Shown here piece after piece: positions 24,747 through 31,986 of a stretch of 32,000 bases of DNA (position 1 is the first letter of the stretch; the number at the start of each line of letters is the position of its first letter). Made by a program: the position numbers and the translations under genes. Below the pieces are notes generated by a model. The model was not told the DNA's origin. It did no database searches and saw nothing but the letters and a program-made list of their open reading frames with translations. The DNA comes from Gemmata obscuriglobus (GTDB lineage Bacteria > Planctomycetota > Planctomycetia > Gemmatales > Gemmataceae). The DNA lies in the NCBI RefSeq assembly GCF_008065095.1, contig NZ_CP042911.1, positions 1,980,001 through 2,012,000 on the forward strand, given 5' to 3'.

Positions 24747-25890
24747 CTACTCAGAGACTGAAACTGGCTGATGGGCGGCCGCCAGTGCCAGCTCAGGTTT
24801 GGCACCAACCGTCCGAATCACGGCTGCGATGGTGCCGGTACCGAGGTGCCGCAGCAGGTACACGGCCACGTTCCGCAGCACCGCCAGCACCCGTGGTGCG
24901 GCGCCCCGGCGCACCCGGCACCGGTCCTCGCCCAAGGTCGCGTCGCGGATGTGGTGCCGGCTCTCGATGCCCCAGTGGGTGCGGGTGTACCGGAGTAACG
25001 CATCGGGTGCCGCGTCTACCGAGCTCAGACTAGAAATCCCGTACACCACCTCCACGGTTGTCTTCCCACCGACCTGACGGGTGCGCGTGAGCCGGAACAC
25101 CTGTTGCACCCCGGGCCACCGGGTCAGGTACTCGTTGAGCCAGGTGGTGGTCGTCACGGTCCGCCGCTCGACCCACCCGTGCCCCTGGCTCACCTCACAC
25201 GCGGTGCCCGCGTCCCGGTCCCACTGGCGCGGCAACCCGGGGGGAAAAGTCGCCCCCGCGGCGGTGGCGAACGCGGCTTCCAGGTCCGTGCACAGCGTAC
25301 CCTGGTTGCTCTTGGCGTACAGGATGTAATCCCCGCCTCGCTCCTGTACCGCGGCGCACACGTCCGGCTGGGTGAACATGGCGTCCCCGGTGATGACGGT
25401 CCCGCCAGCGGGGGCAACACGCCCAGCAACCGGAGCGCCGCCTCGTGCTCGTGGGTGGTGGTCTCGACCGTCATCTGGGCGACCACCGCCGAGACGCCCG
25501 GGGCGCACGCGGCCCGCCGGTGGACCCCCGGCCCCTCGCTGTCTCGCGACCCGTGCAACCGCTTGCCGTTCAACGCGAGGTGTTCCCACCCGTCGGGGTG
25601 CCGGTCCGCCAACCCGTCCCCGATGATCCGGTCCAGGTGGTCGGCGTCCAACTTTCGCAGCAACCCCGCGCTGGTGTTGGGGCACGGCATATTGCCGTGC
25701 CGGAACACCAGCGCGTGACCCAACCGCTTCTGCCGCCGTCGCCCGAACGGAGAAATCGCCTCGGGCGTGGTGTGCCCGCTCATCACCGCTACCAAGCACA
25801 GGGTCAACAGGCCTACCAGTGGTGCTGGCGACCGTGATGGCTCCGCGGGGCCGGTAGCTCGGCCAATCGCTCGACCAGGGAACGGGACAT
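24747..25890 (-). pseudogene. ISAs1-family transposase, interrupted by two frameshifts
   Basis: Three frames: MSRSLVERLAELPAPRSHHGRQH; then PLVGLLTLCLVAVMSGHTTPEAISPFG...HLALNGKRLHGS...EHEAALRLLGVLPPLAG; then TVITGDAMFTQPDVCAAVQERGGDYILYAKSNQ...YTRTHWGIESRHHIRDATLGEDRCRV... The usual IAIDGK catalytic Asp position reads LALNGK. Confidence 0.78.
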
Positions 25891-25971
25891 CGACGGCCCC
25901 TGAAACGAGGAGCCGTACCCATACCCACATGCCGCAGCTTACCCAACACCAATCCGTGCGCAGCCCTGCCC

Positions 25972-26142
25972 TTCGGTCAATCCTTGTGCCGCCGCGGTGG
26001 CGATCTGTTCCATCGTGCGAAAGTCCACGTCCAAACCCGGCCCGTGCTTCCCGAAAGCCCGCTTGGAAACGATTTTGCCCTACGCCGCCGCCAGTTCCCG
26101 GAGTTGGTCCGGTTCCTCGGCCGTGAAACGCAGTGTGCTCAT
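25972..26142 (-). pseudogene. transposase N-terminal remnant (possibly ISKra4-like) with an in-frame TAG
   Basis: Reading from ATG 26140-26142: MSTLRFTAEEPDQLRELAAAA*GKIVSKRAFGKHGPGLDVDFRTMEQIATAAAQGLTEG. It stops at the ISAs1 end. Its layout is loosely similar to the N-terminus of the 23352 transposase (MPTLTIEYSTESERL...). This is a weak call. Confidence 0.3.
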
Positions 26143-26338
26143 GGCCCGTCCTGTGCAACAGTTGCGGCAAATGCGACTCGCGCTTTTCCGATCCCGAGGC
26201 CCGAGGGACGCAAGGGCCACTGCAAACCGTGGCGTGACCTCCGCGACGGTCGCGCCGGGGCGAAACTGTTTGACCCGCGCGCGACGGGCGTCATATCATC
26301 CAGATTGCCCGGACCGGCTCTCCGAGGGAGACACCGTC

Positions 26339-27559
26339 ATGTTCGCCGCACGAATCGTTGGTGTGTGTGTGCTCGTTGCCTTTGTGGCACTAACCAATGG
26401 GGCGGCGCGGGCCGACGACAAGGACCCGGTGTACGAGGGGAAGAAGTTCTCGCAGTGGGTCAGCACGGTGCAGAACGACAAGTCCGCGCGGCAGCGGGCA
26501 CTGGCGGTCGACGCGCTGAGCAAGATCTGGCTGCTCGAGCCGAGGACCGACGCCATCAGCCACATCACCGCGACGCTGCGCACCGACCCGAGTGCGGCCG
26601 TTCGCGCCCAGTGCGCGATCGTGCTCGCCGGGCTCCGCGAGAACGATATGGAGCGGCACGGGGCCAAGCCGCTCATCGAGGTGCTCCGGACCGAGAAAGA
26701 GTCGCGCGTCCGCAAGGAGATTATCGCCGCAATGTCCAAGTACCCGGCGGTGTGCGCCGCGGGTGTCGAGTCGCTCATCGCGGTTCTGAAAGACGCCGAG
26801 CCAGGCGTGCGCGTCCAGGCCGCCGAGGCGCTGGCCCTGGCTGGTGCGAAGGCCAACTCCGCGGCCGGGCCGCTCGCCGAACTCCTGAAGGACGGCGAGA
26901 AGCCGGTGCGCGTCGCGGCCGTTTACGCGCTCGGTCGAATCGCCCCTGAAGCGGGCACCACGATCGCGGAGGCACTTGCCGCGATGCTGGCCACCGAGAA
27001 GGAAGCCGACATCAAGCGTGAGGTGCTCGCGTCGCTGGGACTGCTGGGAGAGAAGTCCGGACCGGTTGTAACGGCTCTCACGGCGGCGCTCGCGGACAAG
27101 GACGACGACGTGCGGCGCGGCGCGGCCCGCACACTGGGTACGCTCGGCACCGCTGCCGCTGGTGCGACGGACGAACTGTTCAAAGTGCTGACCACCGACC
27201 CCACCAAGGATATTCGCGTGGACGCGGTGCGGGCGTTCGGCTCGGCGTTGGGGCCGAACGGGGTGAAAGCGCGGCTCGCGGACCTCCGCCCACTGCTCGA
27301 CCCCAAAAAGCAACCGGATTACGAGGTCCGGCTCGCGCTGATCGAGGAGGTCGCGGCGCTCGGGTACGAGCACCTCGGGGCCGATTTGCTGTCGACGGAC
27401 AAGGCCGTGAAGGCCGCGGCCGAGGAGACGCTCCGGGCGCTGCGGTTGCGCCTCGCCGATCCGCAGGTCAAGGTCCGCGAGGCGGCCGGAATCGCGGTGC
27501 GCAAGATCGAAAAGAAGCCCGAGCCCAAGAAGGAGCCCGCGCCGAAGAAGGAGCCGTGA
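26339..27559 (+). CDS. HEAT-repeat (PBS-lyase HEAT-like) protein with a signal peptide
   Basis: 406 aa from ATG 26339. Signal MFAARIVGVCVLVAFVALTNGAARA. Repeated ...VR..A...LG... units are present (AAVRAQCAIVLAGL, GVRVQAAEALALAG, PVRVAAVYALGRI, DVRRGAARTLGTLG, IRVDAVRAFGSAL). The tail is Lys/Pro-rich (KKPEPKKEPAPKKEP). Confidence 0.85.
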   Translation: MFAARIVGVCVLVAFVALTNGAARADDKDPVYEGKKFSQWVSTVQNDKSARQRALAVDALSKIWLLEPRTDAISHITATLRTDPSAAVRAQCAIVLAGLRENDMERHGAKPLIEVLRTEKESRVRKEIIAAMSKYPAVCAAGVESLIAVLKDAEPGVRVQAAEALALAGAKANSAAGPLAELLKDGEKPVRVAAVYALGRIAPEAGTTIAEALAAMLATEKEADIKREVLASLGLLGEKSGPVVTALTAALADKDDDVRRGAARTLGTLGTAAAGATDELFKVLTTDPTKDIRVDAVRAFGSALGPNGVKARLADLRPLLDPKKQPDYEVRLALIEEVAALGYEHLGADLLSTDKAVKAAAEETLRALRLRLADPQVKVREAAGIAVRKIEKKPEPKKEPAPKKEP

Positions 27560-27911
27560 AGTGAACGGCTCGGCGGCTCACGTGAGGCCATTCGCCGCGG
27601 TCTCGCACCGCGCGGCGCGGCCGGCGTTTGATGGCTGGGGGGATTATGCGAGACGCATCCGCGGCAACGGTGTTTGCTTACTTGGGCTCAGAGGCCGGTG
27701 CGTTGGTGTGCCTGTTCGCCAGATCGGAACGTCGGTGCCACGAGAACCTGATATAACTGTCTACGCCCCTGAGCGGACTGCCGGACGCAACGGCTACGGA
27801 GGTCCGGTAGCCGCCCGCTCGGCGGGCATTATGATCGCTTTTAAAGACAATTTCGCGATCTTCATATTATTCTGCACATCTTATCTGTTCGTGCGAAGCG
27901 ATACAACCCGG

Positions 27912-27939
27912 TTGACTTCGTTTTCGTCCGTTCTAGATA
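27912..27939 (+). promoter_or_regulatory. candidate sigma-70-type promoter upstream of the histidine kinase gene
   Basis: TTGACT (27912-27917), a 16-nt spacer, then TAGATA (27934-27939). It sits in a conspicuously AT-rich stretch about 80 nt upstream of the 28017 start. Confidence 0.3.
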
Positions 27940-27942
27940 CAG

Positions 27943-27991
27943 GATGAATTCCCTGAATTCAGCTATTGCCATAGCTCGCCCCGATGAATTC
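27943..27991 (+). promoter_or_regulatory. three TGAATTC motifs (candidate operator sites)
   Basis: GATGAATTC occurs at 27943-27951 and 27983-27991, 40 bp apart. The palindromic TGAATTCA is at 27954-27961. All lie between the candidate -10 element and the kinase start codon. Confidence 0.3.
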
Positions 27992-28016
27992 GCATTGACG
28001 GTTGGGAGCGTCGCAG

Positions 28017-29249
28017 ATGTCCACCCCGGGTACCCTGTCAGCAGCCCTCGCGTTCGTGCCGAATTGGTGGCAGGAGTCCGCCGACCCGGCCGCGTTCGAC
28101 GCGCTGCTCGTAAACTGGGCCCGTGCGTGCGGGTGGCGTGCGTGCGGGTTCGTGTGGTCCGGTGAGGGGCCGCCCGTTGTGAAGACGGTGCAGGCCGGGG
28201 CGCCGCTCGAGCTGCCGGCGCCGCCGGAAGTGCCCGACGCGCTCCGCCGGCTTAAGAGCGGTGAGGCCACGGTGGCGTACTCGCTCCCCGGCACGACCGG
28301 GCGCGTGTTCGCCGCCGTTCAACCGGCCGGGCGCCCCGCCGGGGTGCTGTGGGCCGAAAAGGCCGCCGGCAACCCCTGGACCGATTCGGACCGCGCGTAC
28401 ATGGCGCTGGCCGCCAAGACCGTCGAGCGGGCGCCGACCCTCTCCGCCGTCGTGGGGCCGGTGCTCGACCCCGACCGCCTGTACCAGCGGCTCGGCGACG
28501 TGGCCGTGATCGCCGGCCGCATGGCCCACGACTTCGACAACCTGCTGCAAGGGATCATCGGGTTTTCGGACCTCACCCTCCCGCTGCTCCAGCCGGGCTC
28601 GCAGCCCGCGAACTTCGTGACCGAGATCGGGAAGGTGGGGCAGCGCGGGATCCAGTTCACCCAGCAGCTCCACCACCTGAGCCGGAGCGGGCAAGTGAAG
28701 CCCAGCCCCGGCGCGGTGGCGCTGGCCGTTACCAAAGAAGAGACCCGCCTCAAGCTCGTCGCGCCCGGCGTGCGGATCGAAAAGGACCTGGTACCGAACC
28801 TGCCGCCGGTGGCGGTGGAGACCGGCCCGCTCCAGATCGTGCTCGGCCACCTGATGGAGAACGCCGTGGAAGCGTGCCCGGCCGGCGGGGTGGTGCGGGT
28901 GGCCGCCCGCCCGGTCGAACTGAGCGACGCCGACTCGCGCGGCTACCTTGGCCGCGCGGCGGTCGGCGGGTACCTCCAAATCACCGTTTCCGACACCGGC
29001 CCGGGCATCAAGCCGGAGGTGCGGCGGCGGCTGTTCGTTGAACCGTTCTTCACCACCAAGGTGCGGCACCGCGGGCTCGGGCTGGCCATCGCGTACCGGG
29101 TCCTGTGCTCGCACCGCGGTGGCATCCAGATCGAATCCGTGCCCGCGCCGGGGACCGGTACGCAGGTGCGCGTCGTGCTGCCGCTGGCGGCCGTGCGGCC
29201 GCCGGCGGTCGCACCCGGGACCATCACCGCTACCGCCGTCGGAGGCTGA
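28017..29249 (+). CDS. cytoplasmic sensor histidine kinase (HisKA + HATPase_c)
   Basis: 410 aa from ATG 28017, with GGGAG 8 nt upstream. H-box AGRMAHDFDNLLQGIIGFSDL, N-box LGHLMENAVEA, G1 DTGPGI and G2 GLGLAIAYRV. I saw no TM helix. The N-terminal sensory region of about 150 aa is of unclear type. Confidence 0.88.
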   Translation: MSTPGTLSAALAFVPNWWQESADPAAFDALLVNWARACGWRACGFVWSGEGPPVVKTVQAGAPLELPAPPEVPDALRRLKSGEATVAYSLPGTTGRVFAAVQPAGRPAGVLWAEKAAGNPWTDSDRAYMALAAKTVERAPTLSAVVGPVLDPDRLYQRLGDVAVIAGRMAHDFDNLLQGIIGFSDLTLPLLQPGSQPANFVTEIGKVGQRGIQFTQQLHHLSRSGQVKPSPGAVALAVTKEETRLKLVAPGVRIEKDLVPNLPPVAVETGPLQIVLGHLMENAVEACPAGGVVRVAARPVELSDADSRGYLGRAAVGGYLQITVSDTGPGIKPEVRRRLFVEPFFTTKVRHRGLGLAIAYRVLCSHRGGIQIESVPAPGTGTQVRVVLPLAAVRPPAVAPGTITATAVGG

Positions 29250-29254
29250 ACACC

Positions 29255-29974
29255 GTGCCGTACGATCTTGACGACTACCGCCTGACCCAAACACCCAAGC
29301 CGATGTATCCCATGACTCCTCCACCGAAAGCGCAACCGCAGCCCGCGCCACGGGAGCTGCAGTCGTCGGGCGACATCCACATCCTGATTCTGGACGACGA
29401 CCCCCACACCTGTGCGGTCATCCAGGCGGCGCTGAACAACCGCGACTTCGTCACGGAAGTGGTGTCCGACCCGATGATGGTGCAGTCGGCCCTCTCGTCG
29501 GGCCAGCGGTACCACCTGATCGTCCTCGACTACGTGCTCCCGGGCCTGGAGCCGGAGCAGGTGTTCGGCTGGATCCGCGACCACCAGCCCGACGCGAACA
29601 TCGTCGTGGTGACCGGGTACCCGTCGGTGGACAGCGCGATCAACTGCCTCCGCGCCAAGACCTGCGACTACCTGACCAAACCGTTCCAGATCGAGCAGCT
29701 CCGCGAGATCGTGTACCGGTGCCTGGAGAGCCAGGGCCTGCTGCGCATGACCGAGGACGCGCTCAAGGAGGCGCTCGGCGCGGCGATCCGCGAGCGCCGC
29801 AAGGCGCTGAGCCTCACCCTCTCGAACATGAGCGACCGGACCGGGGTCTCGCTGGGGTACCTCAGCCAGATCGAACTGGGCAAGAACTCGGCGTCCATCG
29901 AAACGCTCTACCGCATCTGCCTGGCGCTCGGGATGAAGATGAGCGAGCTGTTCCAGTCGGTGCAGCGGGCGTAA
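29255..29974 (+). CDS. response regulator: receiver domain fused to an XRE-type HTH output domain
   Basis: 239 aa from GTG 29255, with a GGAGG Shine-Dalgarno at 29241-29245. An alternative ATG lies at 29303. REC motifs: ILILDDD, LIVLDYVLPG, VVVTGY, YLTKPF. C-terminus: RERRKALSLTLSNMSDRTGVSLGYLSQIELGKNSASIETLYRICLALGMKMSELF (HTH_XRE). Confidence 0.85.
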   Translation: MPYDLDDYRLTQTPKPMYPMTPPPKAQPQPAPRELQSSGDIHILILDDDPHTCAVIQAALNNRDFVTEVVSDPMMVQSALSSGQRYHLIVLDYVLPGLEPEQVFGWIRDHQPDANIVVVTGYPSVDSAINCLRAKTCDYLTKPFQIEQLREIVYRCLESQGLLRMTEDALKEALGAAIRERRKALSLTLSNMSDRTGVSLGYLSQIELGKNSASIETLYRICLALGMKMSELFQSVQRA

Positions 29975-29978
29975 ATCA

Positions 29979-30080
29979 GCAGGTCTCAGGTCAGAAAAGT
30001 CACAAGTCCCAAGTCGAAGAGCTGCCCACTGCGGAAGCTCTTCGACTTGGGACTTGTGACTTTTCTGACCTGAGACCTGC
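29979..30080. repeat. 102-nt perfect palindrome (45-bp stem, 12-nt loop) filling the gap between convergent stop codons
   Basis: GCAGGTCTCAGGTCAGAAAAGTCACAAGTCCCAAGTCGAAGAGCT (29979-30023) is the exact reverse complement of 30036-30080. The loop is GCCCACTGCGGA. It starts 5 nt after the TAA at 29972-29974 and ends 4 nt before the TAA at 30085-30087 (minus strand). Confidence 0.9.
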
Positions 30081-30084
30081 AAAC

Positions 30085-31707
30085 TTAGAAATCGTCGCCG
30101 AGGACTTCGCCGCCCGCCGGTGAGAGCAACGCGCCGAGCGTCTTGTCACTGATGCCGTCCGCGATGAACCGCACCGAGCCGTCCCAGAGCAGCGCCTGGA
30201 ACCCGCCCTTAAACTGACCGCCGAACTTCTTCTTCAAGTCTTTGGGAAGCTCCTTTCCAGGGAGCATGACATCGTCGGGCTTCGTCCAGACGACGGGATC
30301 GGCCGCCTCAACCACTGCCAGCGTGTTGGACGTACCGTCGGTGATAAAAACCAGAGTGGTCGCCAGCGGGGGCATCGCCTTCGGCCCGATCACCATTTGC
30401 AGGTTCGTGTAGCCCGGCTTACCCGGCTTCTGGACCGGAGCATAGATGTTGGGCATCTTCTCGATCAGCTTCTTGTTGTTCTCGGAGTCCCACGGCTCGT
30501 CGAGCTTGAACTGCTTGTACAGCGCGTCCTGCTCGAGGTACGGCAGGAGGGCGACCCGCCAGCTCAGCAGCGGTTTGTCGGTCGCTTTCGTGAGCCTGGT
30601 GCCATTCGCCCCGGTGCCGTGAATCGGAATCCACGCGTTGCTGTCGTGGAAGTTGTGCAGCGCGAGGCCGATCATTTTTAGGTTGTTCGACACCTTCATC
30701 CGCGCGGCGGCCTCGCGCACTTTCTTGGCCCCTTCCACCACCATTGTGCCGAAGTCAAAGTCGGCCTTGTAGTCGGCGACCAGTGTGACGTCCGAGCCGC
30801 TCACCTCCAGCTTCGCGCCCGCGAGGGCGCGGTCGGCCTCCTTCACCGCTGCGAGCAGCGGGCCGAGGTCCTCAGTGCCCTGACGCTTCAGGAACTTCGC
30901 GATCTCGTCGGTTGCGACTTTGATGAACTCCTGACCCTTGTCCTTCGCTTTGCCCGCAGCATCGGCGTCGGCGAACGCCGCGCGCCCGGCAAGGACGAGC
31001 GTTTTGTCTTTCAGGTTCCCGGTCACGGTTACGGCCCGTGCGGCGAGCAGCGGGCCAACATCGCCCATCTCGCGGCCGTTCTTTAGTTCGTTAGGCAATT
31101 TGTCGAGCTGGACGTGGGCGAACAGCGTGTGCCCCGCGGCGGCCTTTGACAGGTCCGGGGTGAGCGGCCAGCCGGCGCGGTCCTTCGCGTACCCGTCGAG
31201 GTACTTTTTCCGCAAGCTTCGGGTCAGCACCACGAGCGTTTTGTCGTCCGGGAAGTGCGCGTCCGCCGTGGGTGAAACGATGTAGCACCCGTCCGCGTCC
31301 GGCTCCGTGCCCTGTTTGATTCCGAACGCCCCGTTCTTGGGGATCGCAGTGTTGGCCTTCACGATCAGGACGAGTTGCGGCCCGTCGCGCTCTGTCACGT
31401 CGGTCACGCAGACCGTCACGGCGTCGACATCGGACGGCTTGAAACCGGTCTGACTGGCGAACCCCTTCTCGACCTCGTTCCACTCGGCTGCGCCACCGGC
31501 CTTCGTGAACGCTTGCCTGATTTCTGCGAACAGGGCGCCGTCGCGGATCTGCTTTATGTCAACGTGCGCGAAAGCGACGTAATCGGATTTCACCGCCGTA
31601 GGCGGGGCGGACGGGTCGGGTGCGGCTTCCTTCTTGCGACACGCCGGCACAACGGTCAGCCCGAAGAGCAAGAGGCCGAACGGCACCAGGAACGACCGGC
31701 GGAACAT
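30085..31707 (-). CDS. probable lipoprotein: a novel N-terminal domain fused to a DUF1559 domain that lacks the pilin-like N-terminus
   Basis: 540 aa. ATG 31705-31707 has a GGAGGAG Shine-Dalgarno. Signal/lipobox-like MFRRSFLVPFGLLLFGLTVVPAC. Residues from about 320 to the end match the DUF1559 body ([28 protein letters not shown] ... LLWDGSVRFIADG...PAGGEVLGDDF). Confidence 0.88.
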   Translation of the reverse strand: MFRRSFLVPFGLLLFGLTVVPACRKKEAAPDPSAPPTAVKSDYVAFAHVDIKQIRDGALFAEIRQAFTKAGGAAEWNEVEKGFASQTGFKPSDVDAVTVCVTDVTERDGPQLVLIVKANTAIPKNGAFGIKQGTEPDADGCYIVSPTADAHFPDDKTLVVLTRSLRKKYLDGYAKDRAGWPLTPDLSKAAAGHTLFAHVQLDKLPNELKNGREMGDVGPLLAARAVTVTGNLKDKTLVLAGRAAFADADAAGKAKDKGQEFIKVATDEIAKFLKRQGTEDLGPLLAAVKEADRALAGAKLEVSGSDVTLVADYKADFDFGTMVVEGAKKVREAAARMKVSNNLKMIGLALHNFHDSNAWIPIHGTGANGTRLTKATDKPLLSWRVALLPYLEQDALYKQFKLDEPWDSENNKKLIEKMPNIYAPVQKPGKPGYTNLQMVIGPKAMPPLATTLVFITDGTSNTLAVVEAADPVVWTKPDDVMLPGKELPKDLKKKFGGQFKGGFQALLWDGSVRFIADGISDKTLGALLSPAGGEVLGDDF

Positions 31708-31746
31708 GACGCTCCTCCGTTTGGGGAAGGGATCACGAGGCGAAAC

Positions 31747-31986
31747 TCACCGCTTCAATCGCTCACGCACGGACTCCAGCACCGACTGCTCGTCGGGGAA
31801 CGTTCCGGTTTGGAGCTTCGAGTAGATTAACTCGCCGTTAACCGTGACCTCGAAGCACCCGCCGCCGGCGGGTACGAGCGTCAGCCCCTTCACTTTTTGT
31901 TTCAGACTCGTGAGCAGTGTGGCCGCCAGACTGACGGCTTTGGGCTCGTACCCTCAGAGCGAGCAGTACTTCAGTTCGATGTTCAT
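31747..31986 (-). CDS. SelW/SelT/SelH (Rdx) family selenoprotein, CxxU motif with an in-frame UGA
   Basis: Hand translation from ATG 31984-31986, with an AGGAGA Shine-Dalgarno 8 nt upstream: MNIELKYCSL[TGA 31954-31956]GYEPKAVSLAATLLTSLKQKVKGLTLVPAGGGCFEVTVNGELIYSKLQTGTFPDEQSVLESVRERLKR, stop at 31747-31749. The frame stays open for 68 codons after the TGA. The sequence matches the Rdx pattern (YC..U/C.Y..RA..L ... GG.FEV.V.G.L..SK...G.FP). It is not in the ORF track because of the TGA. Confidence 0.75.
31922..31938 (-). promoter_or_regulatory. candidate bacterial SECIS stem-loop
   Basis: Minus-strand RNA 5'-GCCGUC AGUCU GGCGGC-3' forms a 6-bp stem including one G.U pair. Its 5-nt loop contains GU. 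It begins 15 nt after the UGA. An outer GAGC/GCUC pairing is possible. Confidence 0.35.

Larger units (their letters stand above)
24734..25968 (-). mobile_element. ISAs1-family insertion sequence (boundaries approximate)
   Basis: It contains an ISAs1-like transposase. The ends read CAGGGCTAC... (24734) and CAGGGCTGC... (reverse complement at 25968), so only about 8 of 9 nt are inverted-repeat identical. I saw no flanking direct repeat. The size of about 1.2 kb and the CAGGG ends fit my recollection of the family. Confidence 0.5.

Noticed and set aside
24734-24750. CAGGGCTAC-AGGGCTAC as a tandem repeat array
   Set aside because: There are only two units. They are better explained as an IS terminus plus the target duplication.
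25997-26338. Upstream 114-codon extension of the HEAT-repeat ORF
   Set aside because: It overlaps the transposase remnant and promoter region and looks non-protein-like. ATG 26339 gives a clean signal peptide.
27561-27947. 128-aa ORF in the HEAT-kinase intergenic region. The same 450-bp gap was also considered as a possible ncRNA.
   Set aside because: The ORF runs from GC-rich into sharply AT-rich sequence, has no Shine-Dalgarno and has an implausible composition. I could not recognise any known RNA family (tRNA, tmRNA, SRP, RNase P, 6S) by eye. A GCCCGC-tcg-GCGGGC hairpin lies near 27813-27827, but it is not sufficient to call an sRNA.
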